Part shown: one piece after another, positions 1-14,290 of the stretch
Numbering within the stretch: the stretch's first letter is position 1
How the letters are laid out: each line of letters begins with the position of its first letter
From: Marsupella aquatica
Taxonomy: Eukaryota; Plantae; Marchantiophyta
Assembly (NCBI GenBank): GCA_973895155.1
Contig: OZ316892.1
Location: 14,314,861 to 14,378,860 of the forward strand
Length of the DNA stretch: 64,000 nucleotides
Reading direction: 5' to 3'
Notes under the pieces: generated by a model
Seen by the model: the letters and a program-made list of their open reading frames with translations, nothing else
Told to the model about the DNA's origin: nothing
The model's database searches: none
Translations under genes and position numbers: made by a program

Positions 1-1718
1 ATGGACTTGGCATCGCTGGACCTGTCCCTGAACGCATTGACTGGGGAGATTCCGCTGACATTGCAGAACCTATCCACTCTGGATACTCTAAACTTCTCCT
101 ACAACGACCTTCAAGGTCCAGTGCCAACTTCAGGGGTGTTCCGATTCTTGAATGTGAGCTCCTTTTACGGCAATCCAGACTTGTGCGGTCCCAAAGTCCT
201 TCATCCTTGTCGTCCTGATTTGAAGAAAGGCAAACACGGAGGTCTCGTTGCCTTCTTGGTCTCCGGAATTTTCCTCGCTGCCGTGGGTGTTCTCATTGTT
301 GGGGCGTGCTGCTTCTATAAGAAGTACCACCGGCGAATAAGCCGTCTACTGCTGAAGGGGAGCGCGCAAGTGGAGTGGCCTTGGAGTCTCACTACGTTTC
401 AGCGACTAAACTTCTCCGTCGACGAAGTAGTGGGCTGTCTCAAAGAGAGCAACGTAATCGGCATGGGTGGGGCCGGGACTGTTTACAAGGGTGAGTTCCC
501 TGGTGGAGAAATTGTGGCAGTTAAAAGGCTCTGGGTCAGTCGAAAGCCGGAGGTCCACGTTGCGAAAGACCAAGGTTTTTCGGCGGAGGTTGATCTGTTG
601 GGCAGCATTCGCCACAGGAACATTGTACGTTTGTTGGGTTTCTGTTCAAACCACGAGACCAATCTTCTAGTCTACGAGTACATGCCGAACGGTAGCCTTG
701 GCGAGCTTCTTCACGGATGGAAAAACTCAACCAAGCGAGACGGGAAGGAGCTGAACGTCCTTGCGGACTGGTTGACAAGGTACAATGTAGCTATGGGCGT
801 CGCTCAAGGGCTTGCATATTTGCACCACGATTGTTCTCCTCCTATCATACACAGGGATGTCAAATCTAATAATATATTATTGGACATCCATATGGAGGCG
901 CGAGTTGCGGATTTCGGTCTCGCGAAGCTGTTGGAGAGTAACCAGTCTATGTCTCTCGTCGCTGGGTCTTACGGCTACATCGCGCCGGGTACTCGCTCAC
1001 TCTAACTCTAAAGACCTGCACTTTGAAAATGTATGTGCCAGTATGACGCGGGTGTGGTTCCCGCTCTCATGCATGTGTAGTCTTGTGGTTCGAGCTTTGG
1101 TGGCATTTCTTTTCTGGTCAAGCGGTTAGCTTTTACGACCGCTACCACATTCTGTTGGCTTTGCTTGGTGTGTCCTGTATGCAAGGTAAATCTGTGTCAT
1201 GAACCAACTGATGTGGTTGACGCGGAGTGTATTTCTAGCCGATGTATTTGCTAGCAAGCGGTGGTTGAAGGCTCTACTTATTGTTATCTAAAGACAAAAA
1301 CGATGGCTGGTGTTTCGCAGAGTATGCCTACACACTGAAGGTTGATGAAAAGAGCGACATTTACAGCTTTGGAATAGTTTTGTTGGAGCTTCTCACAGGT
1401 CGGCAGCCTGTGGAGACCTCCGATTTTGGTGAATCTGTGAATGTCGCCGAGTGGGTGACAAGAAAGATGCAAACGAAGGAAGGGTTGTTGGAAGTTTTGG
1501 ACTCGGATGTGAGCGCAGGCTGCACTTCTGTGCAGGAGGAGATGATTTTGGTCCTGAGGGTTGCTTTGCTGTGTACAAGTCGTCTGCCTAGAGAACGCCC
1601 GTCTATGAGAGACGTGGTGACAATGCTCTCAGAGGCTCAACCTCGGCGCAAGACACTTAGCGAATCCTATTCTCGTCCGACTTCTGGCGAATCCTATTCG
1701 CGACCGAGTTCTGGTTAG
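1..1718 (+). CDS. LRR receptor-like kinase, subfamily XI, PXY/TDR-like (5'-partial); exons <1..988 and 1321..1718
   Basis: Last LRRs, GNPDLCG cap, TM helix, juxtamembrane WPWSLTTFQRLNF (PXY-like), kinase motifs GMGGAGTVYK, VAVKRL, HRDVKSNNILL, DFG. GT(989)..AG(1320) intron sits at the conserved GYIAP/EYAY position. The gene starts upstream of the window. Confidence 0.93.
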
Positions 1719-2870
1719 AACAGAATCACGCTTTCGTGGGGAAGAGAATTGTCGGATAGGAATTTTTTCAGTAACTCTTTCTAGCCAAACTAGCAGAAGA
1801 GGATGCACACGAATTGACCCGTCAAGTCCTCCTTCGTTCATCTACCCTCTCTGTCCTATAGGCCAGCAAGTTTCATGCCCTACTGCACCGCATATACTGT
1901 ACAGAACTTTTGAAGTTGTCCACAAGAAGGCCAAGTCTGGGCCAGTCTGGAGGCTGCACTAGGTGGGTCAAAGCGATTTCACGTACTCTTCCATTATATA
2001 AACTCGTGCATGGAACTGGAGGGCAGGGGTCCTTTCTTGGGAGAGTTGGGGGAAATCTTCGACACGAGCCGCCTAGCCTACTCACTAGTACTGAAAGTAG
2101 CACACAAAAGGTGGAGAGAATTCCGGGCGTCTGATACAATCATGAAGTCAGGAGAGCCCGAACAGATGGCTTCTAACTTGTTTATTGGATGATGTAGTTC
2201 GATTACTGGGGAGATCTTGACCTTGAGAATTGCTAAAGTAAATGGGCATGGATTAAGATCTCCCCACGTATTTGATCAATATCAATACACCACTGGCCCA
2301 CGTAATCTGTGTTGATGGCCTGTTCAAAGACACGCATATACTTTCAAAGAAATGTGTGTAGTGAGGGAAGGTTTTTCGAATTGTTGGTCATCTACGCACT
2401 GAATGTTGGTGAATGACGTCCTGGAGCATAGATGCAAAAGATTGGAAGAGGTTAAGACTAATCTATACTCGCGTTAATGTGAATAATTCGCAGACTCATG
2501 TCTCGTGAAGTGATTCACTAGATAGGTCAACTGGGATACGCGGAATCTTAACCCAAACAGGAGCTAGTACAGTGGAAGTATTAAGCTTCTTGAAAAGCTG
2601 TCTCATCGGATCACGTCATCATCCTTTTAATAAATATGGAGTTTGTTGAATTTTCGGCTTCCACCGACAGCTCCAAAACTACATCCATTATGAATGTATA
2701 CGCGATTTCAAATCTTATTCCAATCTATATAGTAGCCGAATTTTGGTGTGCACTCTCGACTTGTCAATCTAGCAAAAAAAGGTTGATATCATAGGGTTCA
2801 GCCAATTAACAACCGCCTTCCTATCGACATAGAGCTTGACGGCAAGATCATCAAGGAGAACTTACATCTG

Positions 2871-2936
2871 AGTTGGTTGTTGTCTAGATGACAGTTGGTT
2901 GTTGTCTAGATGACAGTTGGGTGTTGTCTAGATGAC
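2871..2936. repeat. 3 x 22-bp tandem repeat (AGTTGGTTGTTGTCTAGATGAC)
   Basis: Units read directly at 2871, 2893 and 2915; one mismatch. Confidence 0.9.
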
Positions 2937-3892
2937 ACTGAGAAACGTCAATCCTGGACAATCCATTTCCTATTGAGTATGACGTACTTGCAGGCACGAT
3001 CTTGGAGGAGAATTTGCATTTCAATTTCTGAAAAGCATGCGAAGTTATGGACGTGAAGGGCTCTAGTTGACCTAATATGTGGCTTGCCCAGTTGCCCATC
3101 ATGGTCTGTCACAGATGCAGGCCTACAGTACTCTTTTACGCATTTACAATTTATGAAAAGCATGCAAATTTATGGGCGTCAAAGGGCTCTGACTAGTGAT
3201 CTCAGATGACTGACGTTGGACTCCCAAGGGTTCTAGATGACTTCAGTTAAGATATGGTGAGTGCTCTTGTTCACCTAATTTGTATCTAGCCCAATCCTGG
3301 GTTGTCACAGATGCAGGTCTATACACTTTCAAGCAAACCTAAACTAAACATTTAATGTAGGCAGGTGTAAGTTGGGTTTAGGCTAAAGTCAATTGACTGG
3401 TCAGTCACAATTTAGAATCCCATCAAGTGGACAGAGAATATACCAGACCAAACACTCAGAGAATCGAGGGTGAAAAGAACTTGCTAGAGTGAGCTAAAAA
3501 GCCATCAAGAGTCACAATAAATATAGGAGAGACTTAGTTTTGTGTACCATCTCAATCATTTTCGGCCGCTGCTCTGTTTCCAAAAGCCACTTTGCCAAGA
3601 AGGCCCAATCCAATGGTGCAGATTATAAAAACATGCAATACATGCCATGCTCCAAGCAGTCAGGTACCGTTCACCTTATGCTCACGTCACTACTACACCT
3701 GTTTGCCTCCTTTGAAGTACCAGGGTAACACCTGTTTGTACTTTTGAAGTACCAGAATATCCTGTTTGCGGCATCTGGAAAATCAAAACACTTTCCTAAA
3801 CCCTGCACCATAATAGGGTAGGGTTGGCAAACCTTTTTTACTTGAAAACCAAAAGTAGACCCATCCACAGAGGATAGAAGTTCTACTTTGGA

Positions 3893-4160
3893 CTATGCAC
3901 CACTGTAGGGTAGCCCACAAGGGGGGACCATACCCAAGGGGGGATGATACCCAAGGAAGGGACCCAAACCAGGAGAGAGAGAGGGTTCAACTAGGGCCCC
4001 AAAGTGGCTAGCTAGGGGCTGAGGAGAAACCAGGACTCCTAGCACTACACCCCACCCACACATACACACACATGCCCCCCACACCCCTTGCGTGTAGAGG
4101 GGGGATTGAACCTAGCACCACTCAGTTCTAGACTCATCCCGTGGCCAACTGGCATTTGAT
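3893..4160 (-). mobile_element. possible degenerate tRNA-derived SINE
   Basis: B-box-like GGTTCAATCCC on the minus strand at ~4102-4112, a weak A-box-like segment upstream and a GT/CT-rich body. No clear TSD; boundaries approximate. Confidence 0.3.
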
Positions 4161-5708
4161 TCAGCACACAATCCTTCCATGCCATTACCGTCAACTCTAT
4201 ACCCCGTAATGGGGCAGGTCCCTAAACCCTTAACCTCTAGCACAGAGTTGTAGATCCTTAAAACCTTCATTTTTTGCTGGTATGACCTATCTGCAATGCT
4301 CAAGGAGCTGTTAGAACCAAAAAAAAATCAAAATCCCTAAATTGCTTTTAGCCAGGCGTGAGTGGTGTGTATTTTCTTATTGAGTTTGCATAAAAGGAAA
4401 CAATAGACCATGAGTTTTTTTTAATGAAGTGAGACCTTTTAAAGAATTTTTTCCAACCAAATACTAAAATGTTTTTCAGCATTTTTCAAAACAAGGACCA
4501 ACTATGCACCCGTCAGAATTTATGGATAGGTCTACTGTACAGAGTTGTGAAGAGCCTTGCCTGAATTGGACAAAGCTCTAGACGTTACCATGAAGCCCTG
4601 CTTGAGCTATAGACATACCAGGAATGAATCCTTGAAAAATGATCATAACAGGATCTCCCAACAAAAAGACTTTTCTCGAATGGAATGTCCTATGTAATAA
4701 CATGCCAGGGCTTTATGTTTGTTTTGTTCTAGCACGCAGTCTTTGCCTGCAATATAATGAGACAGGCCAGGCCTTAACTCAATGTTAAAGCTATGTCTCA
4801 AACACAAGGCCCTATTTGATCCTTGCCAAAACTTACTGTTAGTACAAGGCACGGGCCTTGCTTCCAGGGGGGAGATGGGAGAAGGCTCTACAATCCTGCA
4901 ATAGTTGTTTAATCTGAGCTGGTTTTCTTTTCCATTAAGTTCACCAATCCTTAGCTTAAGAGCTCTTCAAAATTTGTGAGTCCTCATGAAACTAAGCTTA
5001 GCTATACAAACATTTTGACCTTGATTTTGAATTGGGATATCTTTTTGTCTCACTTCAGGTGTCTCTTGCACTTTTGTGGCTATGTTTTGGTTCAAACGCA
5101 AGGACCTCTATACTAACGCCTCTCACAAGAGAAACGGATGAAATCGGAAAAACGTTGAAACTTCTGGAATAAAATATGAGCGAGCCTCCACCACGAGGCT
5201 GGCTCTCAGAAAATGAGTCAGCAATATACCCCGAAAGAAAATCCATGGGTGGAAAAGAGCTGAGGAATGAATCTGCTGGTTACACAAGTGGTGCCTGGGA
5301 AACTGAGACTCGCGCAGGTTGTTGATGTAATGATTGTTCCGTTACCATCTAGCCGGAACCAGACCAACTTTCACGCCGATCGATATTCAGGATATCGATC
5401 CGGGTAAGGAAATTTGATTGGACATCAAGAGCCTTCTCTGTTGTCGGGATGACAGTTTTTGTAGACTTTACATGCCAGATTTGACGTCAGCATGGCCTCG
5501 AAAGGCCGAAAGGGCAGAAGGTTGGTTTTTGTGGAACTTTGGGAAATGAAATCCCGAGTATTGGAAAGTGACGACTAGGCAAGTTTAAGAACTGTAACAG
5601 TTCGAGAACTTAATCTGGAGAAGCAATTTTTTAGTACTTTTGTCTTCCAATGACAGGTGGTCCTCCAATCAGCCTCCTCGCACCTGTCCCACCTCAAGCT
5701 TGGAAACG

Positions 5709-5872
5709 GGGGACACAAAACAGTGCAACTGTTCACTGTAGCTCATTCATATAATTTTACGGGAACACAAAACAGTTTAACTATTCATTCGTAGCCCAGT
5801 CGTAAAATTGCGCGGGAACGCAAAAGAGTGCAATTATTCATTCGCAGCTCATTCGTAAAATTACTCAGGGAC
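5709..5872. repeat. ~52-bp degenerate tandem repeat x3
   Basis: Recurring GGGAACACAAAACAGTGCAACT.TTCATTCGTAGCTCATTCGTAAAATT. Confidence 0.8.
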
Positions 5873-6232
5873 ACTCGTAGTACTGAGACTGCAGAGAATA
5901 ATCAACGAAAGGAAATGCTATATTTTTGCGGTGCTCCAACTGTATTCATGGCATAGCACACAAGCCCTAAGAATCCGATTTTGTAACCAATCTATGCAAG
6001 TATGCTACAACGAGAGACATCAAACATGGGCAACTCCGCACTTGGATCCCAATTCATGAGGGGCTTAAGATCTGAACTCTTTCTCCACCCAACTGATAAC
6101 TAAAGAACCACGTTTAAAAAAATGTTTATCCTACCCTGGAAAATTCGTATTGTAATTCTGTCAATATCTTCTAAGAGTGATAGCTTGTACAAAGCAGGAG
6201 ATAATAAACTAGTTTTCCTGCCAGTTTCGTCG

Positions 6233-9200
6233 TCATCTCCTCTGGTGAGGAAATTCAGATGCTTGTAGTGCTTTCTTCCACTCATTCCACTTTCCACTGA
6301 GGCCCAGAGTGTACGGTCTTCTTAAGACAACCCGTGGAGGAGAAGATGGTCGATCAGCCCTGGCACCCTCCATGTCTATTGACTCCAAATGGTTGTCAAC
6401 TTCACTCAGGTCGCTAGGAGACATTCCATGTAAAGATGCCCTATCCGGATATGTATCAGACCAATAAACAGGTTTAATGTCCCCCTCCAATCCAGATGTA
6501 CTAGAAAAGCCGTGACTTGCCTCTCCCTTAGGATATATATCACGACTGTGTACAGGTTTGGCGGTAGAGTGCCGAACAGCTTCTTGGCCAGGTGGATTTA
6601 AGCGAATCACTATTTTGAAGGCAAAAGGTGTGAGGACCAAGCTAAGAGCACTTGTCCCCATCAAAAGAAGGTACGATTTTTTGGAGAGAAGACCAAGGCC
6701 CTGAGCACGACCCAGAAGGATGAAGGCGAATTCTCCAATCTGAGCAAGACCAACACCAACACTGAAAGAAGTCTTGTTGCTGTACCCGTATGCCCGTACC
6801 TGTATATTTTCAATTTTGAGATAAGAGGTTGCACCATAAGAATTCCTAACTCTAATGGAATTGAAGACAGTAAGACAAAAGGACAAATAGGGTACGAAGA
6901 TAACATCATAGCTGATCAAATATATAATGCAACTCCTACTCTATTTGCAGTCAATTCATCTGCTCGGAGAAATAAATTCAAACGTTTGAAGGCCTCACAG
7001 CATCTTTAGGATGGACCAATACTCACTACTGCGGAAAAAAGCAAAGTCTTTCCAAGAAAGACTACGGCCAATGATGCCAACAGAATGTCTATGTGCTCCC
7101 ACAAGAAAACTGGGTGCATAACCATTCCGATAGATGACAGAAATAGGGCAGCAAACAAGTTTCGAATGGGTTCGACTTGATGCAGTGTCTTTTCCGTATG
7201 AGTACCCCCTGCAACCATATACGAAGTAACTCATGTGAGGGGGGTAAACTAGGGTACTGAGGAAAGAGAGATCTCAAATAAACGTGTCCTAAAAAGATAG
7301 TCGTAAAAACGGACTCCATTAAATCCTGAAGTATAAAACCATTTTTTTAAGGTCTCTCCGGTCTCATCAAGGAAATGTATGATCTGACTAGTCATACCAA
7401 GGGATCATGGCTTTGTATAGAACTTGGGCAAATGCAACAATTGCATATAAATCATTGTCATACATGGAACGAAAGGGGAGGAAAAAACACCTGAAAGAAC
7501 AAGACCGCCAACAAATGCACCAACTTCTAAGCTGAGCCCCATGCTTTGGCTTATTAAAGCCAAGGATAGGCAAATTCCAATAGCACCCAGAAGGAAAAGC
7601 TCTGAATTGAACTTTGTCAGTTGGACGAGAACACGTAAAAAACACCGGATGAAGATCTTCGCAAGTACCCAAGCGGACCCACAAAACACTAACAGCAACA
7701 GTGCAGCTCGTGAAAGTGCAAACACGAACGTTCCTGCATCACTCCCCTTCGCAGCAAGAGCAGGCATGATAGCCAGAAGAAGACCAAGAGCACAGTCCTG
7801 AAGAATGAGAGTTCCAAGCATGATCTGCAGACATAGCATAAAGACATCAATTCCTGATTTATAAGTAGCACCATCTGATTGTTCAGAAGATTCTTGGAGT
7901 GCCTACTAATGAGCCATGCATTGCTGAACTAGATTTCATATTAAAACAAATCACTAACAAACTAATGGAGTGCCTACTAATGAGCCATACATTGCTGAAC
8001 TAGATTTCATTCTAAAACGAATCACTAGTAAACTAGTAATTCACGGTAACGCGGAGGACCTACTTGTCCATGCTCTGTGCTCCCCATTTTTGACTCCATC
8101 AAGCATTTGACCACCACTGCGGTTGAAGACATGGACAAAAACGCCCCTGCATGCATATGGTGCACAAGAAATCATCTGCACCTCAAATGAAAATAGCAGT
8201 CAAACCAAACATTCACACGAGTGTCGGATTGTCCTACAAAACCTGCTTTCATGCTGAGACCAGACATTGAAGATTAACAAACACCTTCATCATCAGCTCA
8301 AGCCTATCTGTATCAGTTTTGTTATCCCAGGGCATTGAGACGCCCGACGTTTCTAATACCCACGGGACCGTCACGACAACCAGATCAGTACAATCCTGAA
8401 CTGTCACTGGTCCAGATGTTAGAAATCCCCGTTGAGCCCAATATTAGGATGAAAGTTTGTTTACTCACCAATAAAGACACCTTGAGGGATGGATGAACCA
8501 AGCAAGCCTCCCAAGAGAATTGCTGTGCCAATCTGAAGGCACCCACCTCCTAGGGTCACGTTGTGTATGCCATGCATCTTGGATGGATTGAATTCTACAC
8601 CAAGAACAAACAAGAGAAATACCACTCCGAATTGTGCCAGTGTCTCCACCTGCACCATGGCACGTAAATAATTGAAATGGGAATCAGCCCAGCAGTTCCA
8701 CCCTGAAAAGAATTTGTTAAATTTTTGTTGTTGTTTGGCTCCAGGTGAAGGGGGCGAGGCGGGGGAGGGGGGGAGGGGAACGTGAGGCCCAATCTCACCA
8801 TACCGAAAAAGTGATGCAGCAAAGTCAATTATTCCAGAAAGCCATCTCCAGATAGTTCCAACTTCTCACAAGAAACATGGGAATCCATTTTGACTGCAGC
8901 TGATTGTTTTGTCCAAATACTGTCTACGCTATACTATTAGAACACTATAATTGGAGAAAGCGATCAACCTAAGAATTGAGACTGGTCACGAAATTACGAG
9001 AACCAAATATCTAGAGATCGTAAAGCTTGTGTAAAAGGTAAGAATGTGACCGTCGTGGTACGGCAATCGCTGGTCTCGACTGGAAGAGCATAAATAAGGA
9101 ATCTAAATTGTACAATGACCAGATCCGCCCATTGAAAAAACCATGCACAATGGCAGTTGATAGTCAGGCCGCGAAACAAAGGACTATAGAATGAGCACAT

Positions 9201-10721
9201 TGAGGTCTCTAAAATCAACTAGATGTCTGATGAAACAACCCACCGGATTCTGATCCAAATAACTCACTACAAGGGACATAAAAGGAAAACAGTCCAGGAG
9301 ACAATCAGCCTATTAATCCCTGGCATTGACAAGTGACAAGACCAGCCGAACAGAAAGCCCTCTGAAGCACAGGTCAGAATCTACGATTAAGCCAGCAAAA
9401 GTGAAAATGGCACCTGCACCAATTCGTGAACAAGGTGAAGGCCTCCTGGGCCGACGACCATGCCAGCAGCCAAGTATCCCAAAATCACGGGTTGCCCAGA
9501 CAAGCCACAAATTGTACCTCCCAGAGCTGCAGCGACTAGTACCATCACAATGTCTGAAATGAGCGTGAGATCCTCCTGAAGCATCATTCTGTTCTTCCCA
9601 GGATTGCTGATCACATATTCGTTATCTTCCCGATCTATCAGCCTCGGTACATCCTCTAACTGATGGTATCCTGCATTGTCCTCCACCAGTTTCTCCCTTG
9701 TGTAATTCTTCTTCTGCGAAATCATTGAGAGATTTTTACCTGGTTCTCTGCTGCTCTCCTTTGTGAGAGAAAGTGGCGGTTTGTGAGGTGGATCCGACTG
9801 TCCCATGATCCTGTCCAACCACGTCATATCTGATGCTCTAGAATTCTCGGAAGTTTCTGTGTCCCCCTGTCCTCCATCTAAAGTAGTCCCATCTTTCGCC
9901 TGCATTTGCGATAGCTCAGAATCTTTTACTCTCAATGCTTCCTTTTCCCCTTCAGATGTCTCTTCCTCTTCCTCATCGTCAAATGTGCGCCCTCCTACCC
10001 TGGCCACCGTCTCAAGAACACCATCCTGCTCTGATATCGTCTTGTTAAATCGCCCATCCTCTTCGTTCCCAACACTTTCCTCGAAGCGATCTAGAATCTT
10101 TTCTACCCCTGTGTGCTCGGCCTTGGCATCGTTCGCAAGAATTTCATCGTCCCTACTCTCATGCTCGTCCGAAGTCACCGTTCCATTCAGCTCCTCCTCA
10201 CCTTTGGTTGTCTGTGCGTACTCATGCCGATCCTGAACCCGCGCCTCAAACTCATTACTATTTTCGGCTCGAATAAACTCAACATTCTCGTAGTCATCGT
10301 CTTCGTTGGCACCCTTCGTCACTGCGTCATCTGATTCCCGGACTGCATCCTTGGCCGCCTTCTCAATCAATGGCACATTCTCATAATCACCTTCCTGCAC
10401 AATTAGCTGCCTTCGTTTACTCGGAAGACCACCACTTCGGCTGCCTTCGGAAACGATGGACCGAAAGATGGAGGACTCAAGTATTCCCGGGAAAGAGATT
10501 AAAGAGCTACTGCTGAATTGCCGCTCCCGTGACTGTCCCTTGTGGAATGATGATGACGCAAAAAGTAGGGATGACAAGCACACAAATACCAGTCCAAGGA
10601 CGACATACTTCCACCAACGAACACACACAACTTCAAATAGCTTGGCTCGTGACAGGATCAGAAAATGCAAGCTCTGCAGCAAATGTGAAGAAGTCGACCC
10701 GTGGGCAGCTCCCTTCTCCAT
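6233..10721 (-). CDS. K+ efflux antiporter, KEA4/5/6 (CPA2) type; exons 10721-9414, 8649-8469, 8146-8064, 7824-7491, 7208-7027, 6799-6233
   Basis: Motifs VLETVARV, DVPRLID..N.YVISNP, GQPVILGYLAAG, VETLAQFGVVFLLFVLG, GAFLSMSSTAVVVK, LILQDCALG, QVEPIRNLFAALFLSSIG, LAQIGEFAF. All junctions are GT-AG and keep the frame. The start codon is uncertain. Confidence 0.92.
7895..8035. repeat. 71-bp tandem duplication in a KEA intron
   Basis: TGGAGTGCCTACTAATGAGCCAT... begins at 7895 and again at 7966. Confidence 0.85.
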
Positions 10722-12049
10722 GTACAACAACAACAAATCTTCTTTCCAAACAATGCAGCCCCCTCTCTGTTTGGGTGCGACTGTCGATCGCCCTTAGACG
10801 CAAAGAGACTCGATATGATGGCCAGGAAGCTGCGGACTCCACCGAGATCCGAAAAAAATAAGGAGAAGAAGTAGACGCGCCCCAGCTCACTCAACGCGGA
10901 CGAAGCCTACGGCGGAAATCGAAATGTTCGTACCCGGCAAAGAAAACCGAGGAAAAATAAATCAAAGAAAAGGCTGAATTCCTCAGCGCAGAAAGGTGCC
11001 GTAGGACCCGAATTCGAGATCTAAAGCTAACCTGTCGCTGCCCGATCACGCAACCAAATAGAAGTTCCATATCCGCATTGTAGTGCCCGTCGTCGACAAC
11101 ACTTTCCTGCCTCAATGATTTCTTCCGCGATCTCTCCCCGGCTCCATAACTTTAACTTTCTCACTTTATACATTGTTCATCGGCACTCTGCAATTTCCCA
11201 CATCCAACTTACTGTAGGCTCAAACACAAACCACGACTATTTGTCTTCCGACACTAGAAAAGAAACTAGAAAAGAAAACCATCACCGGAGTTGAATCGAG
11301 GGTTCTGTCGCTCGACTGAGCTGTCGTGAAAACGAGAATAGTGTTGGTTTCTCGTATGCTTTTCCTGGGCATCAATAATGGAATCGGGATCGACAGACAG
11401 TTTCCTCTGTTTCATACGTGGTACATAACAATCTACTGTACGTATGCGTTTCTGCCAGTTGAGTAGGGTTTACCATCAATACTCTTTGCTTTTGTTTTGA
11501 CCGGTCCAAATGAAGGAATACTGGTGGGATTTTAAAATTCGCTCGTGTATCAAGATTCCTTGTTTTTCGTTTTCGACCGAAAGAAGTGAACTTATTTTAT
11601 AGTGGTGCGGGTCCCAAAGTCACCCGTGTATATCGCAAGGTGGGGTGGTAGGGCCGTAGGGAATAAAGGGACCAATTCCATCTAAGTATATTATTAAGTG
11701 GATTATTAATAACTAATTTTATATTGTTAGGTTATTCTTGAGTGCCTATTGTGTAGAGTAAAGGTGTGTCTCTCGGTTTGTGAGTGGAAAACATGGATTA
11801 GGGGGAGGTGAGTATCTAAAAATGGCCATGGGAAACCAACCGAATCAACTGATAGGCAAGAGGCTTGATTGTACTCACCTTTAGTTATGCTCAAAGAACT
11901 GACAATCAAGCTTGTATACACATAATGGCAACTGAAAGTTATTTTTCAGGTCTTATGGTCTAGCGTGAAACCTCTAGATCTTGACTATGGAGGCATAGTT
12001 GGTTTTGGGTGCAAGTGGAAAAGGGGTACTAGGCAGTGTGGAGCAAAGA

Positions 12050-12360
12050 GTACATTCACAACAGCAAGCCCATGATCATCGAACACGCAAGTAGTCGACA
12101 TAGAGAGATACGTAGTTCACCTTAATTGAGGCTCGTCCACGGGAATAGACAAAAGCTTTATTGCAATCTAAGTCTGTCGGCCATACATAGACTCCGCAAT
12201 GCTAACTCCCTTCATCTCTAAATTGGCTCTGTAACAATGAGCTGTTCTACCCATCCAAGCAAACACTGCTTGCGGATATCACGTGCAACATGACCAACCT
12301 AACCAAGTTTGCGGCTAAGGTTAGCCCTTACTACAATTATAGTCATAACTCTAAACCTAA
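12050..12360 (-). mobile_element. Copia-like LTR relic (dispersed family, copy 1)
   Basis: Homologous to 37000-37290. The reverse strand reads GTGGACGAGCC..GGTGAACTACGTATCTC..TGTCGACTAC, a U5-type motif common in plant Copia LTRs. Confidence 0.55.
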
Positions 12361-14290
12361 GAAAAAATGTCTAATAGGCAGAGTGAGGTGAGTCTATTTA
12401 TGTTCAACGAATGAGTGTTCGGGCTAGTATTGTCAACTACACAATGAATGTGGGGATGGGATGTATAGGATGACCTAGGTCTGGGCAAGGGGTTATTAGG
12501 ATCTCACCCTGTGTCCGGGATGTGAGAAGAAGTTATCGAGCAGCTACATGGAAGCTTTTTCAAACATTCTGGACACAAGGTTATAGACTAGAACTCCTGC
12601 CTAGACATCCATGTTTGTGCATAATGTTTGTCCTATAAAGGTTGTCTGGCTATCAATTCATGGGCGCAAGATTATGAGAATAGTAACATGGAGTAGAATT
12701 TGTTACCCACCTGCAACCTCTGTTCCATACAAAAATTACAATAGAAAATATTGGAATAAAGTAGACCTTTGTTCAATCTTCTTGTGACAAAAGAGTACAT
12801 GGCCGAGACTCCTAAAGGGCTGGGTTAGAAATGAGGCCAAGGGAGAATGGGAGGTGGGGATGATGGGAAGAGTGGGGTTAAAAAAAATCTGTTAAATATT
12901 CTAAAAGCACATTCACTAAGTTATTTTACCCTAAAGTGATTTCAAGTCACATTGGCCCAACCCACCCACACACCAACCACGCTTGAAGGTTGGTTTTTAT
13001 AAATTTTAACCTAAAAATGATTAATATTACCGGTAACAAGATAACTTTTTATAAAAAAACAGAAATAACAAGGGATAAGAAGGATGGGGGGTTCACTAAT
13101 TTTACTTGGGAGGGGCCCAGGGAGCATATGGAAGAGGGGGGCGTGAACCTGACGCCTTTTTTCCCACATCTGTTATAAGTGAGTTTCAGATGTCAAGTTT
13201 GTAATAATTTAACTTCAGATTTCAAGTCTTGTCTCATAAAACCATGTCAGTTTGTTTGGCATCACACACAAACAACTTTCTTTCCCTTTCCTGCTCACCA
13301 CTCTAGTTTTCCTTCTCTAGAAGAAAAGTTCTACTGCAACAATTAAAGAAAACACTCCATCTTTCTGACAAATAGAAGCTCCAAAGGCATCCAACCTTGT
13401 CCACCCGGTCCTTTCGATGGAATCAAGGTGTAAGGTGTAAAGAAAAAGTGATTCAGGCATCCTATGCACTCTCTTGTAGTCCACAGAGACCTGTAATTTT
13501 GGGAGGATGATCCTTAACCTAAACACGCTTCTAGTTGGCAAACGTGACAAGGTGAGAAAGCTCTATCCACAAGCTCATTGATACCAGAAGCTCACTCTGA
13601 AACTCAAATTAAGCAAAACATCAGGGTCAAGAATTGCGCCCCCAAAATACTGCCCGAGCTCGTCAAAGGCCCAAATGAGTAACTGAGTCAAACTTTCAAA
13701 CCAATTTAGTTATGAGAAATCCAAAATGGTGTCAAGCCTCATTGCAAGGAACTTTTGAAGAGCTTTCCAACAATACAAAAACATATTTAAGAGTCTGGCA
13801 TGCAAATTGTGAGATAGGTGGTTTTCAAGTTATCCTAAATTTACACATCTGGTGCTGCCAAAGTCCATCCTAGCATCACTACCAATGTTAGATGCTATAA
13901 GGGGGATTTTTTTACTCCAAAGCTCCATGTTGAGGCACAACATACGGCAAGAATCAGCTTACTTTTTGTAAGTGCTAAAACTTGCCAAATTACACCCCAC
14001 TACAATGTATTTGCCACTTTTGACCCAAATTAGCCATGTTTTTTTTGTCTTCAATTAGCCTCCCCGTTAGCCAGAATCTGCCTACTGTACATGCCTTCGT
14101 CAAGCCTAGGCACAGAAATAGAAAGAATGCAACTCCCACACCCCCCATTAACCACCACCTTGTCCTCAAGGACATCTGAGACATCTAGGCACCCCGTTAG
14201 CCAAATCAGACATAGCTAATTCCACCCGAGCAACACCATTACCCAGAATCTGACGGCTCTCTTAAATTCAGGGAGTTCTAACGTCATAAA

